Source of the DNA: Thermoanaerobaculia bacterium
GTDB lineage: Bacteria > Acidobacteriota > Thermoanaerobaculia > UBA5066
NCBI GenBank assembly: GCA_038319835.1
Contig: JBBQDQ010000003.1
Location: forward strand, 5,279-69,278
Direction of reading: 5' to 3'
Length of the DNA: 64,000 nt
Part shown: in pieces, positions 1 through 8,738 of the stretch
How positions within the stretch are numbered: position 1 is the first letter of the stretch
How the letters are laid out: each line of letters begins with the position of its first letter
Program-made: the position numbers and the translations under genes
The notes under the pieces: model-generated
Told to the model about the DNA's origin: nothing
Databases searched by the model: none
What the model saw: only the letters and a program-made list of their open reading frames with translations

Positions 1-402
1 GTGCTCGTCACCCTCTGGCGCGTGGAGGACCCCCTGCCGGGCCTGCGGCGCGCCGGGCGGGTCGTCGTCGCGGACTCGGTCGGCGCGACGGTTTCCGCGT
101 TCGACGACGCGGGGTTCGATCCCGCCACGGACGTCGTCGTGCACGCAAAGGACCGCACGCTCGCGAGCGCGGACCGCGAACCGGACGGCGCGGCCCGGCT
201 CGTCGAGGACGGCGCGGACCGGCTCGTCGTCGAGACCTCCGGAGCGCGTCCGGCGATCCTCCGGGTGGACCGCAGCTTCACGCCGCGCGTGACGGCGGCC
301 GTCGACGGCAAGCCCGCGACGGTCTACGCGGCGGACCTCCACCTCATCGGGATCCCGGTGCCGGCGGGCCGCTCGCGCGTCGTCGTCGACCTCGCGCCCT
401 GA
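1..402 (+). CDS. C-terminal fragment of a large membrane glycosyltransferase-like protein (YfhO-like tail); 5' end lies outside the window
   Basis: Frame is open from the window edge to TGA at 400-402. The tail ...TAAVDGKPATVYAADLHLIGIPVPAGRSRVVVDLAP resembles the C-terminal end of YfhO-type proteins (recollection only). Confidence 0.4.
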   Translation: MLVTLWRVEDPLPGLRRAGRVVVADSVGATVSAFDDAGFDPATDVVVHAKDRTLASADREPDGAARLVEDGADRLVVETSGARPAILRVDRSFTPRVTAAVDGKPATVYAADLHLIGIPVPAGRSRVVVDLAP

Positions 403-426
403 GCGCGGCGGCCGGGCTCGGCGCCC

Positions 427-885
427 TCACCAGCGGTGGTACGCGGGGTGGCCTTCCTTCACGGCGACGAACGTGCCGCGGCAGGTCGCCGTGACCTTCC
501 CGCCGGCCTCGATCCGCGCCTCGACGACCGCACGGTCGGCCGTCGACTCGACGACGCGGGCCGACAGGCGCAGCGGCTCGGCGATCGGCGTCGGGCGTTT
601 GAGCGTCACGTGGAAGTCGGCCGTCACGGTCGACGGCAGGAGGCCGTCCCCGGCTTTCTGCATGAGGTGCCAGGCCGCCGCCCAGTTGCTGTGGCAATCG
701 AGGAGCGCGCCGATGATCCCGCCGTTCACGACTCCCTCGAACGCGAGGTGGTGCGGCTCGGCGCTCCAGGTCGCGACGACCTCGTCCCCTTCGACGAAGC
801 TCCGGATGTGCAGGCCCTTCTCGTTCGAGGGGCCGCAGCCGAAGCAGACCGTGTTCTGACCGTACGTCTCCTGGAGGCTCTTCAT
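427..885 (-). CDS. PaaI/hotdog-fold thioesterase
   Basis: 152-aa product from ATG 885-883 inside track ORF 427..1500. It has a CFGCG N-terminus and the VNGGIIGALLDCHSNWAA hotdog-type motif. ATGA overlap with the arnD stop. Confidence 0.75.
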   Translation of the reverse strand: MKSLQETYGQNTVCFGCGPSNEKGLHIRSFVEGDEVVATWSAEPHHLAFEGVVNGGIIGALLDCHSNWAAAWHLMQKAGDGLLPSTVTADFHVTLKRPTPIAEPLRLSARVVESTADRAVVEARIEAGGKVTATCRGTFVAVKEGHPAYHRW

Positions 886-1832
886 GCGGCGGATGATGCC
901 CCAGTGGCGACGGGCGTTGCACGCCCGGGGAGAGTGGTCCAGGTCAGAGCCCTCACCGGCGACGTCCGAGCCGAGAGCAGCGTTCTGCAAACTTCTTCGA
1001 AGGTAAGGAACTCCACGCCATCGCACTTCCACGCGGCGAGCAGCAAGGCGAATGGCGCGGCAAAGGACGCCGCCCCCTCGATCTCCGTGTGGATCGAGTG
1101 GACATGGAGCGCATCGCCGCCGCCCGCCGCCCCCTTGCCCAGTTCCATTCGAAGAACCTCGCAGGCCCTTTCCGCCTGAGATCCGGCACCACGCAGCGGC
1201 AGGGCCAGCAGCTCGTCCAGCGTCGGCAGCGTCGACGGGATCTCCAGCACCCGGCTCGGTCTTCCGTCGGCGCGCAGCGGAAAGAAGGGCGGCCCGCCGC
1301 GCGTGTCCGACGTCGCGAGGACGCCGTGCGCCTCCTGCACTTCGACGGAGAGCGGCGTCGCCGTCCAACCCGGCGCGGCCTGGAACGCGGCCGGCACCCC
1401 GAAGATCTCGAGGAAGCGCGCGTGCTCCTTTGCGACGACCGTCTCGATCTCCTCGCGGGTCATCTGCGGCAGGTGGTCGTGCCAGTCGATGTGGTCCCAC
1501 GCGTGGATGCCGACCGCATGCCCCGCGGCCGCCGCCTCGCGCATCCGCGCGACCGTCTCCTTGCGCCCGCCGATGTCGGGCGCGGGCAGGAGCGTCCCGT
1601 AGAGCATCGTCTTCCAGCCGTACGACGCCGCGGGGCTCGCGGACAGGACCTTTTTCACGAAGCCCTTCCGGAAGATCCGTTTGATGGCCTTGCCGCTCGT
1701 ATCCGGGCCGAGCGAGAAGAAGAACGTCGCCTTCACGCCCTCCTTCGCGAAGAGGTCGAGGAGGCGAGGTACACCCTCGAGCGTGCCGCGGTACGTGTCG
1801 ACGTCGACCTTGAGGGCGAGCCGGGCGCTCAG
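882..1832 (-). CDS. arnD: 4-deoxy-4-formamido-L-arabinose-phosphoundecaprenol deformylase (NodB-type polysaccharide deacetylase)
   Basis: Alignable by eye with E. coli ArnD: LALKVDVDTYRGTLEGVPRLLDLF...ATFFFSLGPD...GIHAWDH. Conservation extends upstream of the track ATG (1736). The only plausible start is CTG 1832-1830, after GGAAG. Confidence 0.8.
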   Translation of the reverse strand: MSARLALKVDVDTYRGTLEGVPRLLDLFAKEGVKATFFFSLGPDTSGKAIKRIFRKGFVKKVLSASPAASYGWKTMLYGTLLPAPDIGGRKETVARMREAAAAGHAVGIHAWDHIDWHDHLPQMTREEIETVVAKEHARFLEIFGVPAAFQAAPGWTATPLSVEVQEAHGVLATSDTRGGPPFFPLRADGRPSRVLEIPSTLPTLDELLALPLRGAGSQAERACEVLRMELGKGAAGGGDALHVHSIHTEIEGAASFAAPFALLLAAWKCDGVEFLTFEEVCRTLLSARTSPVRALTWTTLPGRATPVATGASSAA

Positions 1833-1833
1833 G

Positions 1834-2865
1834 TCACACTTCCGGGGGCTTCCTGCCCTTCAGGTAAAAGTCGAGCGTCTTGCCGAGACCCGTCTTGAAG
1901 TCCGTCTTCGGCGTCCACCCGAGGAGCCGCTTCGCCTTCGCGACGGAGGGGACCCGCGTCGTGATGTCCTGATAGCCCTCGCCGTAGTACTGCTTCGACG
2001 AGACCTTCACGATCCGCGTCTTCTTCGCGGCGGCGGCGAACTTCGGGTACGTCGCGACGGCGTCGATCAGCGTGTGGGCGAGCGTCTCGATCGAAAGGTC
2101 GGCCGAGGGGTTCCCGAGGTTGAAGATCTGGCTGTCGGCCTTCCCCTTCGGGTTCTCGAGGATCGTCATGAGGCCGTCGATCCCGTCCTCGATGTACGTG
2201 AAGCAGCGCCTCTGCGAGCCGCCGTCCACGAGCTTGATCGGGACTCCGTAGAGGATGTTGTGGAGGAACTGCGTCAGGACGCGGCTCGACCCTTCCTTCG
2301 GGGCGTCGATGTTGTCGAGGTGCGGCCCGTACCAGTTGAAGGGGCGGAAGAGCGTGTATTGCAGGCCCTGCGCCATCCCCATCGCCGCGATCACGCGGTC
2401 GAGGAGCTGCTTGGAGGCCGAGTAGATCCAGCGCGGCTTCGCGATGGGCCCGTAGACGAGCGGCGAGCGGTCCTCGTCGAACTCCTTGTCCGGACACATC
2501 CCGTAGACCTCGGAGGTGGACGGGAAGACGACGCGCTTGCCGTACTTGCTCGCCATCTTGATGATCCGGAGGTTCTCCTCGAAGTCGAGCTCGAAGACGG
2601 AGAGCGGGTTCTTCACGTACGTCGCAGGCGTCGCGATCGCGACGAGCGGCAGGACGACGTCGCACTTCTTGACGTGGTACTCGATCCACTCGCGGTTGAT
2701 CGAGATGTCGCCCTCGAGGAAGCGGAAGCGCTTGTCGTCGAGGAACTCCTCGATCCGGTCGCTCCCGACGTCCAGGCCGAACACCTCCCACGGCGTCGTC
2801 GTGAGGATCCGGCGCGTGAGGGCGTTTCCGATGAAACCGTTGACTCCGAGGATCAGGACTCGCAT
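1834..2865 (-). CDS. arnA: UDP-glucuronate oxidative decarboxylase (stand-alone ArnA C-terminal domain)
   Basis: 343 aa, near-colinear with the E. coli ArnA C-domain: [46 protein letters not shown], [16 protein letters not shown], TLFRPFNW. Confidence 0.9.
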   Translation of the reverse strand: MRVLILGVNGFIGNALTRRILTTTPWEVFGLDVGSDRIEEFLDDKRFRFLEGDISINREWIEYHVKKCDVVLPLVAIATPATYVKNPLSVFELDFEENLRIIKMASKYGKRVVFPSTSEVYGMCPDKEFDEDRSPLVYGPIAKPRWIYSASKQLLDRVIAAMGMAQGLQYTLFRPFNWYGPHLDNIDAPKEGSSRVLTQFLHNILYGVPIKLVDGGSQRRCFTYIEDGIDGLMTILENPKGKADSQIFNLGNPSADLSIETLAHTLIDAVATYPKFAAAAKKTRIVKVSSKQYYGEGYQDITTRVPSVAKAKRLLGWTPKTDFKTGLGKTLDFYLKGRKPPEV

Positions 2866-2875
2866 GGGCTTCCCT

Positions 2876-3790
2876 TCAGACGCTCCTCAGGACCCAGCTC
2901 CGGAAGGCGGCCGCGTCGAGGTCGCCCTCCCCGTCCGGCTTCGCCGAGAGGATCTCGACGGTGCGGTCGTCGCCGGCGTAGACGACGACGGAGCTCTCCG
3001 TCGGCTCGACCTTCCCCGGGAAGACGTCGTGCCCGAGGTACGGCGCGAGCCGCGTCTTCCAGATCGTGACCGGCTTGCCGAACAGGTCCGTGAACGCTCC
3101 CGGCCACGGGCGCGTCACGGCCCGCACGAGGTCGTGGACCTCCTTCGCGCTCTTCGTCCAGTCGATCTCGCCGTCCTCGGGCTTGCGCCCGCCAAAGTAG
3201 CTTCCCTTCGCAAGGTCGAGCGGCACGTGCGGCGCCGTTCCGGCCTTGAGCTTCGGAAGGGCCCGCGCGAGCACGGTCACGGCGGCGTCGCCCACCCGGC
3301 GGGACACGCCGAGGATGTCGTCGTCGGGCCCGATCTTCACGCGTTCCTGGTCGACGAGATCCCCCGCGTCGGGCTTGCCCGTCATGACGTGGAGCGAGGC
3401 GCCCGTCTCGGTCGCGCCCTTGAGGATCGCCCAGTTCACGGGCGACCGGCCGCGGAACGCGGGGAGGACGGAGCCGTGCATGTTCAGGGCGCCCATCTTC
3501 GGCGCCGAGAGGACGCGCTCGGGGATCATCTTCTTGAAGTAGAAGGAGAACAGGAGGTCCGGCGCGACCGCGCGGATCCGTTCCTCGTCGGCGGGGTCGT
3601 CGAGGTCGTTCACGATGCGCGGCTCGAGGCCGTGCTTGCGCGCGAGGTCGGCCACCGAGCCGAACCACCTCTCCTCGCCGGGTGCGTCGGGATGCGTGAA
3701 CACGAGGCGCACGCTCTCTCCCTGGTCGAAGAGCCACTCGAGGCACTTGTACCCGACGTCCGAGTACGCGCAGACGACGAGGCCGCCCAT
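2876..3790 (-). CDS. arnA: UDP-4-amino-4-deoxy-L-arabinose formyltransferase (stand-alone ArnA N-terminal domain)
   Basis: Formyltransferase motifs NMHGSLLP-like ([22 protein letters not shown]) and [19 protein letters not shown] 3790-3788 overlaps the arnC stop (TGATG). Confidence 0.85.
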   Translation of the reverse strand: MGGLVVCAYSDVGYKCLEWLFDQGESVRLVFTHPDAPGEERWFGSVADLARKHGLEPRIVNDLDDPADEERIRAVAPDLLFSFYFKKMIPERVLSAPKMGALNMHGSVLPAFRGRSPVNWAILKGATETGASLHVMTGKPDAGDLVDQERVKIGPDDDILGVSRRVGDAAVTVLARALPKLKAGTAPHVPLDLAKGSYFGGRKPEDGEIDWTKSAKEVHDLVRAVTRPWPGAFTDLFGKPVTIWKTRLAPYLGHDVFPGKVEPTESSVVVYAGDDRTVEILSAKPDGEGDLDAAAFRSWVLRSV

Positions 3791-4737
3791 CAGTCCGTCC
3801 CCCACACCTTGCGGATCAGGAAACGCGGCCGGCCGCGCACCTGCTGGTAGATGCGGCCCACGTACTCGCCGACGATCCCGATTCCGGCCATCAGGACGCC
3901 CATCACGACGAACGCGAGCGCGAAGAGCGTGAACACGCCCTCGACCTCGGCGCCGACGACGAACCGGCGGACGAGGAGGAAGAGGCCGAACCCGACCCCG
4001 GACACGGCCGTCACGAACCCGAGCAGCCCGAAGACCTGCAGCGGGACGACGGAGAAGCCGGTCATGAGGTCGAAGTTCAGGCGCACGAGCTTGTAGAGAG
4101 AATACTTCGACTCGCCCGCCGTCCGCTCGGCGTGGGCGACGGGGATCTCCACCGGCCGCCGCGCGTACTGCTGGGCGAGCGCCGGGAGGAACGTCGAGGC
4201 CTCGTCCGAGGCGGACATGACGTCCACGACGTCCCGGTGATAGCCCCGGAGCATGCAGCCGTAATCGTTCAGCTTCATGCCCGTGATCGCCGCGGTCGTC
4301 CGGTTCACGAGGCGCGAGGCCGCTCGCCGGAAAAACGTGTCCTGCCGGTTCTGCCGGATCGTCCCGACGACGTCGGACCCCGCATCCATCGCGGCAACGA
4401 CCTTCGGGATCTCCTCGGGCGGGTTCTGGAGGTCCGCGTCGAGGGTGATGACGTACTCGCCATCCGTGGCCGTGAAGGCCGCGAGGATCGCCATGTGCTG
4501 GCCGGCGTTCCTCACGAGCTCGACGACCTTGACGTGCCCGGGGTTCGCGGCCGCGGCGGCCTTGAGGATCTCGAGTGAGCGGTCGCGCGAGCCGTCGTCG
4601 GCGAAGACGACCTCCCAGGGCCGGCCCATCCCCGCGAGGACGGGCAGGAGACGCGGGAGGAGCTGCGGGAGGTTCGCCTCCTCGTTGTAGACGGGGACGA
4701 CGACCGAGACCTTTCCCGGAACGAACGGACCGCTCAT
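3790..4737 (-). CDS. arnC: Undecaprenyl-phosphate 4-deoxy-4-formamido-L-arabinose transferase (GT2)
   Basis: 315 aa from ATG 4737. GT2 motifs VVVPVYNEE, FADDGSRD and TLDADLQNPPEE, plus two C-terminal TM helices. ATGA overlap with the upstream gene. Confidence 0.9.
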   Translation of the reverse strand: MSGPFVPGKVSVVVPVYNEEANLPQLLPRLLPVLAGMGRPWEVVFADDGSRDRSLEILKAAAAANPGHVKVVELVRNAGQHMAILAAFTATDGEYVITLDADLQNPPEEIPKVVAAMDAGSDVVGTIRQNRQDTFFRRAASRLVNRTTAAITGMKLNDYGCMLRGYHRDVVDVMSASDEASTFLPALAQQYARRPVEIPVAHAERTAGESKYSLYKLVRLNFDLMTGFSVVPLQVFGLLGFVTAVSGVGFGLFLLVRRFVVGAEVEGVFTLFALAFVVMGVLMAGIGIVGEYVGRIYQQVRGRPRFLIRKVWGTD

Positions 4738-6722
4738 CGCATCGGCCTCCCCTTCTCGACGGTCGCGAGACCCTCGCGGACGACCGGCTGGTTCGGGTTG
4801 ATCGCGAGCGAGCGCTCGAAGGCGGCCTTCGCCCGGGGAAGGTCGCCGAGGCACCAGCTCGTCAGGGCGAGGAGGTTCAGGTTCTCGGCCTCCGCCGCCG
4901 GGCGCCCCGAGAGCTCCTCGAAGAGCGGCCGGGCGCCGACGCAGTCCCCCGTCTCGAAGAGCGCTTTGCCGAGCGACGCGCGGTAGCGGTCGTCCTTCGG
5001 GTACGCCGCGACGACCTTCTTCAGGAAGGAGACGAGCTGTGGGCGCTGGTCCCTGCCCTTCGCGCCCTCCGTGTAGAGCTTCACGCGGCGGTACACCGTC
5101 GCCTCGGGATCGCTGTAACCGTTCGCGAGCGCGCTCACGAGCGCGTCGTCGGACTCGTCGTACTTCGCCGTCAGGTGAAGGGCGGTCGAGAGGTTCACCC
5201 ATGCCGTCGCGGACTTCGGGTTCACCTCGAGCGCCTTCCTGTACCAGCCGACGGCCTCCGCGGGCTTGCCGCGGTCGCGGAGGAACGTCCCGACGTTCTG
5301 GAACGAGCCCGCCGTCTCCGTGCCCGTGCGGCTCGCGGGCCGCGCGTCCACGGCCGAGGCCTCCGAGCCCGTGAGATACCCGAGCGAGATGAGCTGTTTC
5401 GTGAACTCGTCGGCGGCCTTCCTCTCGTCCGCCGTGTTCGTCGCGGGGACGAGGCGCTCGACGGGCGCGATCTTCGCCCACGAGGCCGCGGGGACGGCGG
5501 GCTTGCCCGTGAAGCCGGGAACGAGCTTCCCCTCGAAGGACGGATCCGCCGGCAGGCCGAGAAGGCGGCAGAGCGTGGGCGCGAGGTCGAAGACGCTCGC
5601 CTTCCCGCGCGCCGGCGATGGAATCACGCCGGGGCCCGCCGCGGCGAGGATGCCGGGGGGCTCGTGCCAGAGGAACGCCGTGTCGAACTGCGTTCCGGAG
5701 ACGAACGCGGGGCGGTCGGGCCCGTGCCGGAAGCCGTGGTCCGACGCGAGGACCAGCGTCGCGCCGTCCTTCTCCGCGCGGGTCGCGAGCTCGCCGAGGA
5801 CGCGGTCGGCTTCCACGTAGATCGCGGCGATGCCGTCGCGGTACTTCACGAAGTCCTGCTCGGCGACCGCCGGCATCTTCGGAGCTTCGTAGCGCCCGAG
5901 GACGTGGCCGATCTCGTCGGTCCCCTGGAAATAGACCATGAAGAGGTCGAGGCTCGAGCGGTCGTAGAGCTCGAGGCTGATCTTCGCGAGCGTCCGCGTG
6001 ACGCCGAGGATTTTCCGGAACCCCGTGATCGGGTCGGCGAGGTCCTTCTTCGCCGCGACGGCCGCGTCGAACTCGGCGCGCGTCACGTGGAGGCCCTTCG
6101 CGACGTCCTCGTACGGCGGGCTGCCCTCGCGGCGGCCGATCATCCGCACGCCGTCGCCGAGCCCCTCCGGCCACGCGACGGCGGGCGAGCGCGCAAGCGT
6201 CTCGGGGTCGAAGAGGACAGGCGCGGCCCGGTCCGACACGAGGAACCCGTTCACCTTCTCGGCCGGCCACGTCGCCCACCAGCCCACGACGCCCACGAGA
6301 AGGCCCTTCGCGGAGGCGAGGTTCCAGATCGCGGGCACGCGCCGCGAGCGGCCGGAGATCGGAAGGCGCGCTCCGGTCTTCGGATCGAGCTCCTGGAAGT
6401 CCGTGACGCCGTGGTCGACGGGCGTCCGGCCCGTCGCGATCGTCGTCCAGACGAGCGGCGACGCCATCGGCTGGTACGTGTCGAGGTTCCACGTCCGCCC
6501 CTTCGCGATGAGCGCCTTCAGGTGCGGGAGCATGCCCGCCTTCAGGAGCGGGTCGAGGTACTTCCAGTCGGCGCCGTCCCAGCCGACGAGGACGACGCGG
6601 GCACGTTTTGCGGGCGCCGCCGGAGCGCTCTTCCTCGCGGGAGCGGAGAGCGCGGGCAGGGCCGGCGCCGTGACGGCGAGGGCGAGGGCCAGGGCGACGA
6701 AGCGTCGAATCATCGAAATCAC
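4734..6722 (-). CDS. Secreted alkaline-phosphatase-superfamily (type I phosphodiesterase/nucleotide pyrophosphatase-like) protein with C-terminal TPR repeats
   Basis: 662 aa with a signal peptide. Motifs GWDGADW, GTDEIGHV and ASDHGF, followed by a TPR-like helical C-terminus. ATGA overlaps at both ends. Confidence 0.8.
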   Translation of the reverse strand: MISMIRRFVALALALAVTAPALPALSAPARKSAPAAPAKRARVVLVGWDGADWKYLDPLLKAGMLPHLKALIAKGRTWNLDTYQPMASPLVWTTIATGRTPVDHGVTDFQELDPKTGARLPISGRSRRVPAIWNLASAKGLLVGVVGWWATWPAEKVNGFLVSDRAAPVLFDPETLARSPAVAWPEGLGDGVRMIGRREGSPPYEDVAKGLHVTRAEFDAAVAAKKDLADPITGFRKILGVTRTLAKISLELYDRSSLDLFMVYFQGTDEIGHVLGRYEAPKMPAVAEQDFVKYRDGIAAIYVEADRVLGELATRAEKDGATLVLASDHGFRHGPDRPAFVSGTQFDTAFLWHEPPGILAAAGPGVIPSPARGKASVFDLAPTLCRLLGLPADPSFEGKLVPGFTGKPAVPAASWAKIAPVERLVPATNTADERKAADEFTKQLISLGYLTGSEASAVDARPASRTGTETAGSFQNVGTFLRDRGKPAEAVGWYRKALEVNPKSATAWVNLSTALHLTAKYDESDDALVSALANGYSDPEATVYRRVKLYTEGAKGRDQRPQLVSFLKKVVAAYPKDDRYRASLGKALFETGDCVGARPLFEELSGRPAAEAENLNLLALTSWCLGDLPRAKAAFERSLAINPNQPVVREGLATVEKGRPMR

Positions 6723-8677
6723 GGGCGGCCTCCCAGGACGTCCAGCTCACGGGCGATCGCGGCCGGGTTCCCGCCGAGCCGCGCGGCGCGGTCGAGCGCG
6801 GCGCGCGCTCCGGCCGAGTCGCCCGTGCAGCGGCGCGTCCGCCCGAGCATGAGCCACGCGCCCGGGTCCTGCGGCGTCGAGACGGACAACTCCTCGAACA
6901 CGCGCTGCGCTTCCGGGCAGCGGTGGCGGTCGAAGTAAAGGCGTCCCAAGGCGTCCTGGAGCTGAGGACGGGCGGGACGGAGCTGCCGCGTCGCCTTCTC
7001 GAGGAGCGCAAGAGCCGCGGGCGCGTTCCCGGACTCCATGCGCTTGACGACGCGAGCAAGGAGGATGTCGTTTGCGTCCTCTCCGCCGAGCTCGGCGGCC
7101 TTCACGGCCTCGGCGTCCGCGGCGTCGAACCGGCCGAGCTTCTCGAGGGAGTCCGCGAGGTTGATCCGGAACGTCGGCGTCTGCGGGTCGGCGGCGATCG
7201 CTTTCTCGAACCAGGGCAGGGATTCCTTCACCCGTCCGCTCTCGGCGTAGTAGACGCCGATGTTCGAAACCCCGAACGGCGTCATCCGCACTTCGCCCGC
7301 GCCGGAGCCCGCGGCGGCGGGAACGGCGGCCGAGGAGCCCGAGAGGTACCCGAGCGAGACGAGCTTCTTCGCGAACTCCTCGCCCGCCTTCTTCTCGGCC
7401 GCGAGGTTCCGGGTGATCGCGGCGCGCTCCACCTTGAACGTCTTCGCCCACGCGACAGCGGGCTTCGCCGCCGGCGCCTTCGCCGAGAGGAGGCCTGCCG
7501 GGACCCGTCCCTTCATCCGGACGTCGGGCGGGAGCCCGAGGAGCCGGCAGAGGATCGGGGCAACATCGAACACGCTGACAGTCCGGCGCTCCTTCGTATG
7601 TGAGGCGCCGGGGCCCGCGAGGACGAAAACACCCCACGGCTCGTGCCAGAGGTAGGCCGTCTCGGCGCGGACCGACGACACGAGCCCCGGCCTGTCCTCG
7701 CCCCACTTGAAGCCGTGGTCCGAGACGAGCATGAGCGTGGCGCCGTCCCTCTGGGCCCGCGCAGCGAGCTCCCCGAGGATCCGGTCGCACTCGGCGTAAA
7801 AGAGCGCGACGGCGTCCTTGTACTTCTCGAACCCGGCCCGATCGACGCCCGGGAGGAGTGGTGGGTTGTACTTGCCGAGGACGTGGCCGATCTCGTCCGT
7901 GCCTTCGAGATAGAGCATGAGGAGGTCGGGGCGGCTGCGGTCGTAAAGGTCGAGAGCCGTCTTCGCGTAGACGCGCGTCGATCCGAGGATCTTGCGGAAT
8001 CCCGTCACCTCGTCGTCGAGGTCCTTGCCGGACGCGACGGACGCGTCGAACTCCGCGCGCGAGACGTGGAGGAACTTCGCGACGTCTTCGTAGGAGGGCG
8101 TCCCCTCGCGCCGGCCGAGGAGGCGGACGCCGTCCGCGAGCTCCGGCGGCCACGTGAGGCCGGGAGACTTCGAGAGCGTCGCGGGGTCGAAGAGCACGGG
8201 CGAGGCGCGGTCGCTCACGAAAAAGCCCTTGACCGCCTCGGCGGGCCACGTCGCCCACCAGCCGACGACGCCGGACGTCAGGCCCTTCGCGGAGGCCACG
8301 GTCCAGATCGCGGGTGCGGTGCGCGAGCGACCCGAGACGGGCAAGGAGGTGGCCGTGGCGACGTCGTATTCCTGGAAGTCGACGACCCCGTGCTCGGGCG
8401 GAGTCAGGCCCGTCGCCATCGTCGTCCAGAGAAGCGGCGACGCCCGTGGCCGGTACGTCTCGAGCCGGGCCTGCGCGCCCTTCTCGAGGAGCGACCTGAG
8501 GTGCGGGAGGCGCCCCTCTTTCAGGAGGGGGTCGAGGAGGGTCCAGTCCGCGCCGTCCCAGCCCACGACGATCACGCGGGGCGGGCGTGCCGCGGCAGCC
8601 GTCGGCCCGGCCGCGCGGGCGGACGTCGCGGCCGCGAGGAGCGCGGCTCCGCAGAGGACGGGGAGAGCGGGTCTCAT
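6719..8677 (-). CDS. Secreted alkaline-phosphatase-superfamily protein with C-terminal TPR repeats (tandem paralog of 4734-6722)
   Basis: 652 aa, colinear with the downstream paralog (GWDGADW, GTDEIGHV, VSDHGF, LVSLGYL). It has a signal peptide. ATG 8677 lies 3 nt after a U-tract. Confidence 0.8.
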   Translation of the reverse strand: MRPALPVLCGAALLAAATSARAAGPTAAAARPPRVIVVGWDGADWTLLDPLLKEGRLPHLRSLLEKGAQARLETYRPRASPLLWTTMATGLTPPEHGVVDFQEYDVATATSLPVSGRSRTAPAIWTVASAKGLTSGVVGWWATWPAEAVKGFFVSDRASPVLFDPATLSKSPGLTWPPELADGVRLLGRREGTPSYEDVAKFLHVSRAEFDASVASGKDLDDEVTGFRKILGSTRVYAKTALDLYDRSRPDLLMLYLEGTDEIGHVLGKYNPPLLPGVDRAGFEKYKDAVALFYAECDRILGELAARAQRDGATLMLVSDHGFKWGEDRPGLVSSVRAETAYLWHEPWGVFVLAGPGASHTKERRTVSVFDVAPILCRLLGLPPDVRMKGRVPAGLLSAKAPAAKPAVAWAKTFKVERAAITRNLAAEKKAGEEFAKKLVSLGYLSGSSAAVPAAAGSGAGEVRMTPFGVSNIGVYYAESGRVKESLPWFEKAIAADPQTPTFRINLADSLEKLGRFDAADAEAVKAAELGGEDANDILLARVVKRMESGNAPAALALLEKATRQLRPARPQLQDALGRLYFDRHRCPEAQRVFEELSVSTPQDPGAWLMLGRTRRCTGDSAGARAALDRAARLGGNPAAIARELDVLGGRP

Positions 8678-8680
8678 GGC

Positions 8681-8714
8681 AAAAAAAAGAGGGGAAGCCT
8701 TTCGGCCTCCCCTC
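8681..8714 (-). terminator. Rho-independent terminator-like hairpin plus U8 tract downstream of the TBDR barrel end
   Basis: Minus-strand RNA reads GAGGGGAGGCC-GAAA-GGCUUCCCCUC followed by UUUUUUUU. The stem is 11 bp with one G-U pair. Confidence 0.6.
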
Positions 8715-8738
8715 GAGTCTAACCGGGAAGGAACCCTT

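Noticed and set aside
3790-7059. 1089-aa minus-strand ORF spanning arnC and the phosphatase-TPR gene. Likewise the 5' extensions of track ORFs 12067-15141, 13764-15677, 40552-43938 and 44024-46042.
   Set aside because: Only the 3' portions are protein-like. The upstream parts run out of frame through neighbouring real genes and read as Arg/Pro/Gly-rich nonsense. Internal starts with RBS or ATGA/GTGA overlaps give family-typical N-termini.
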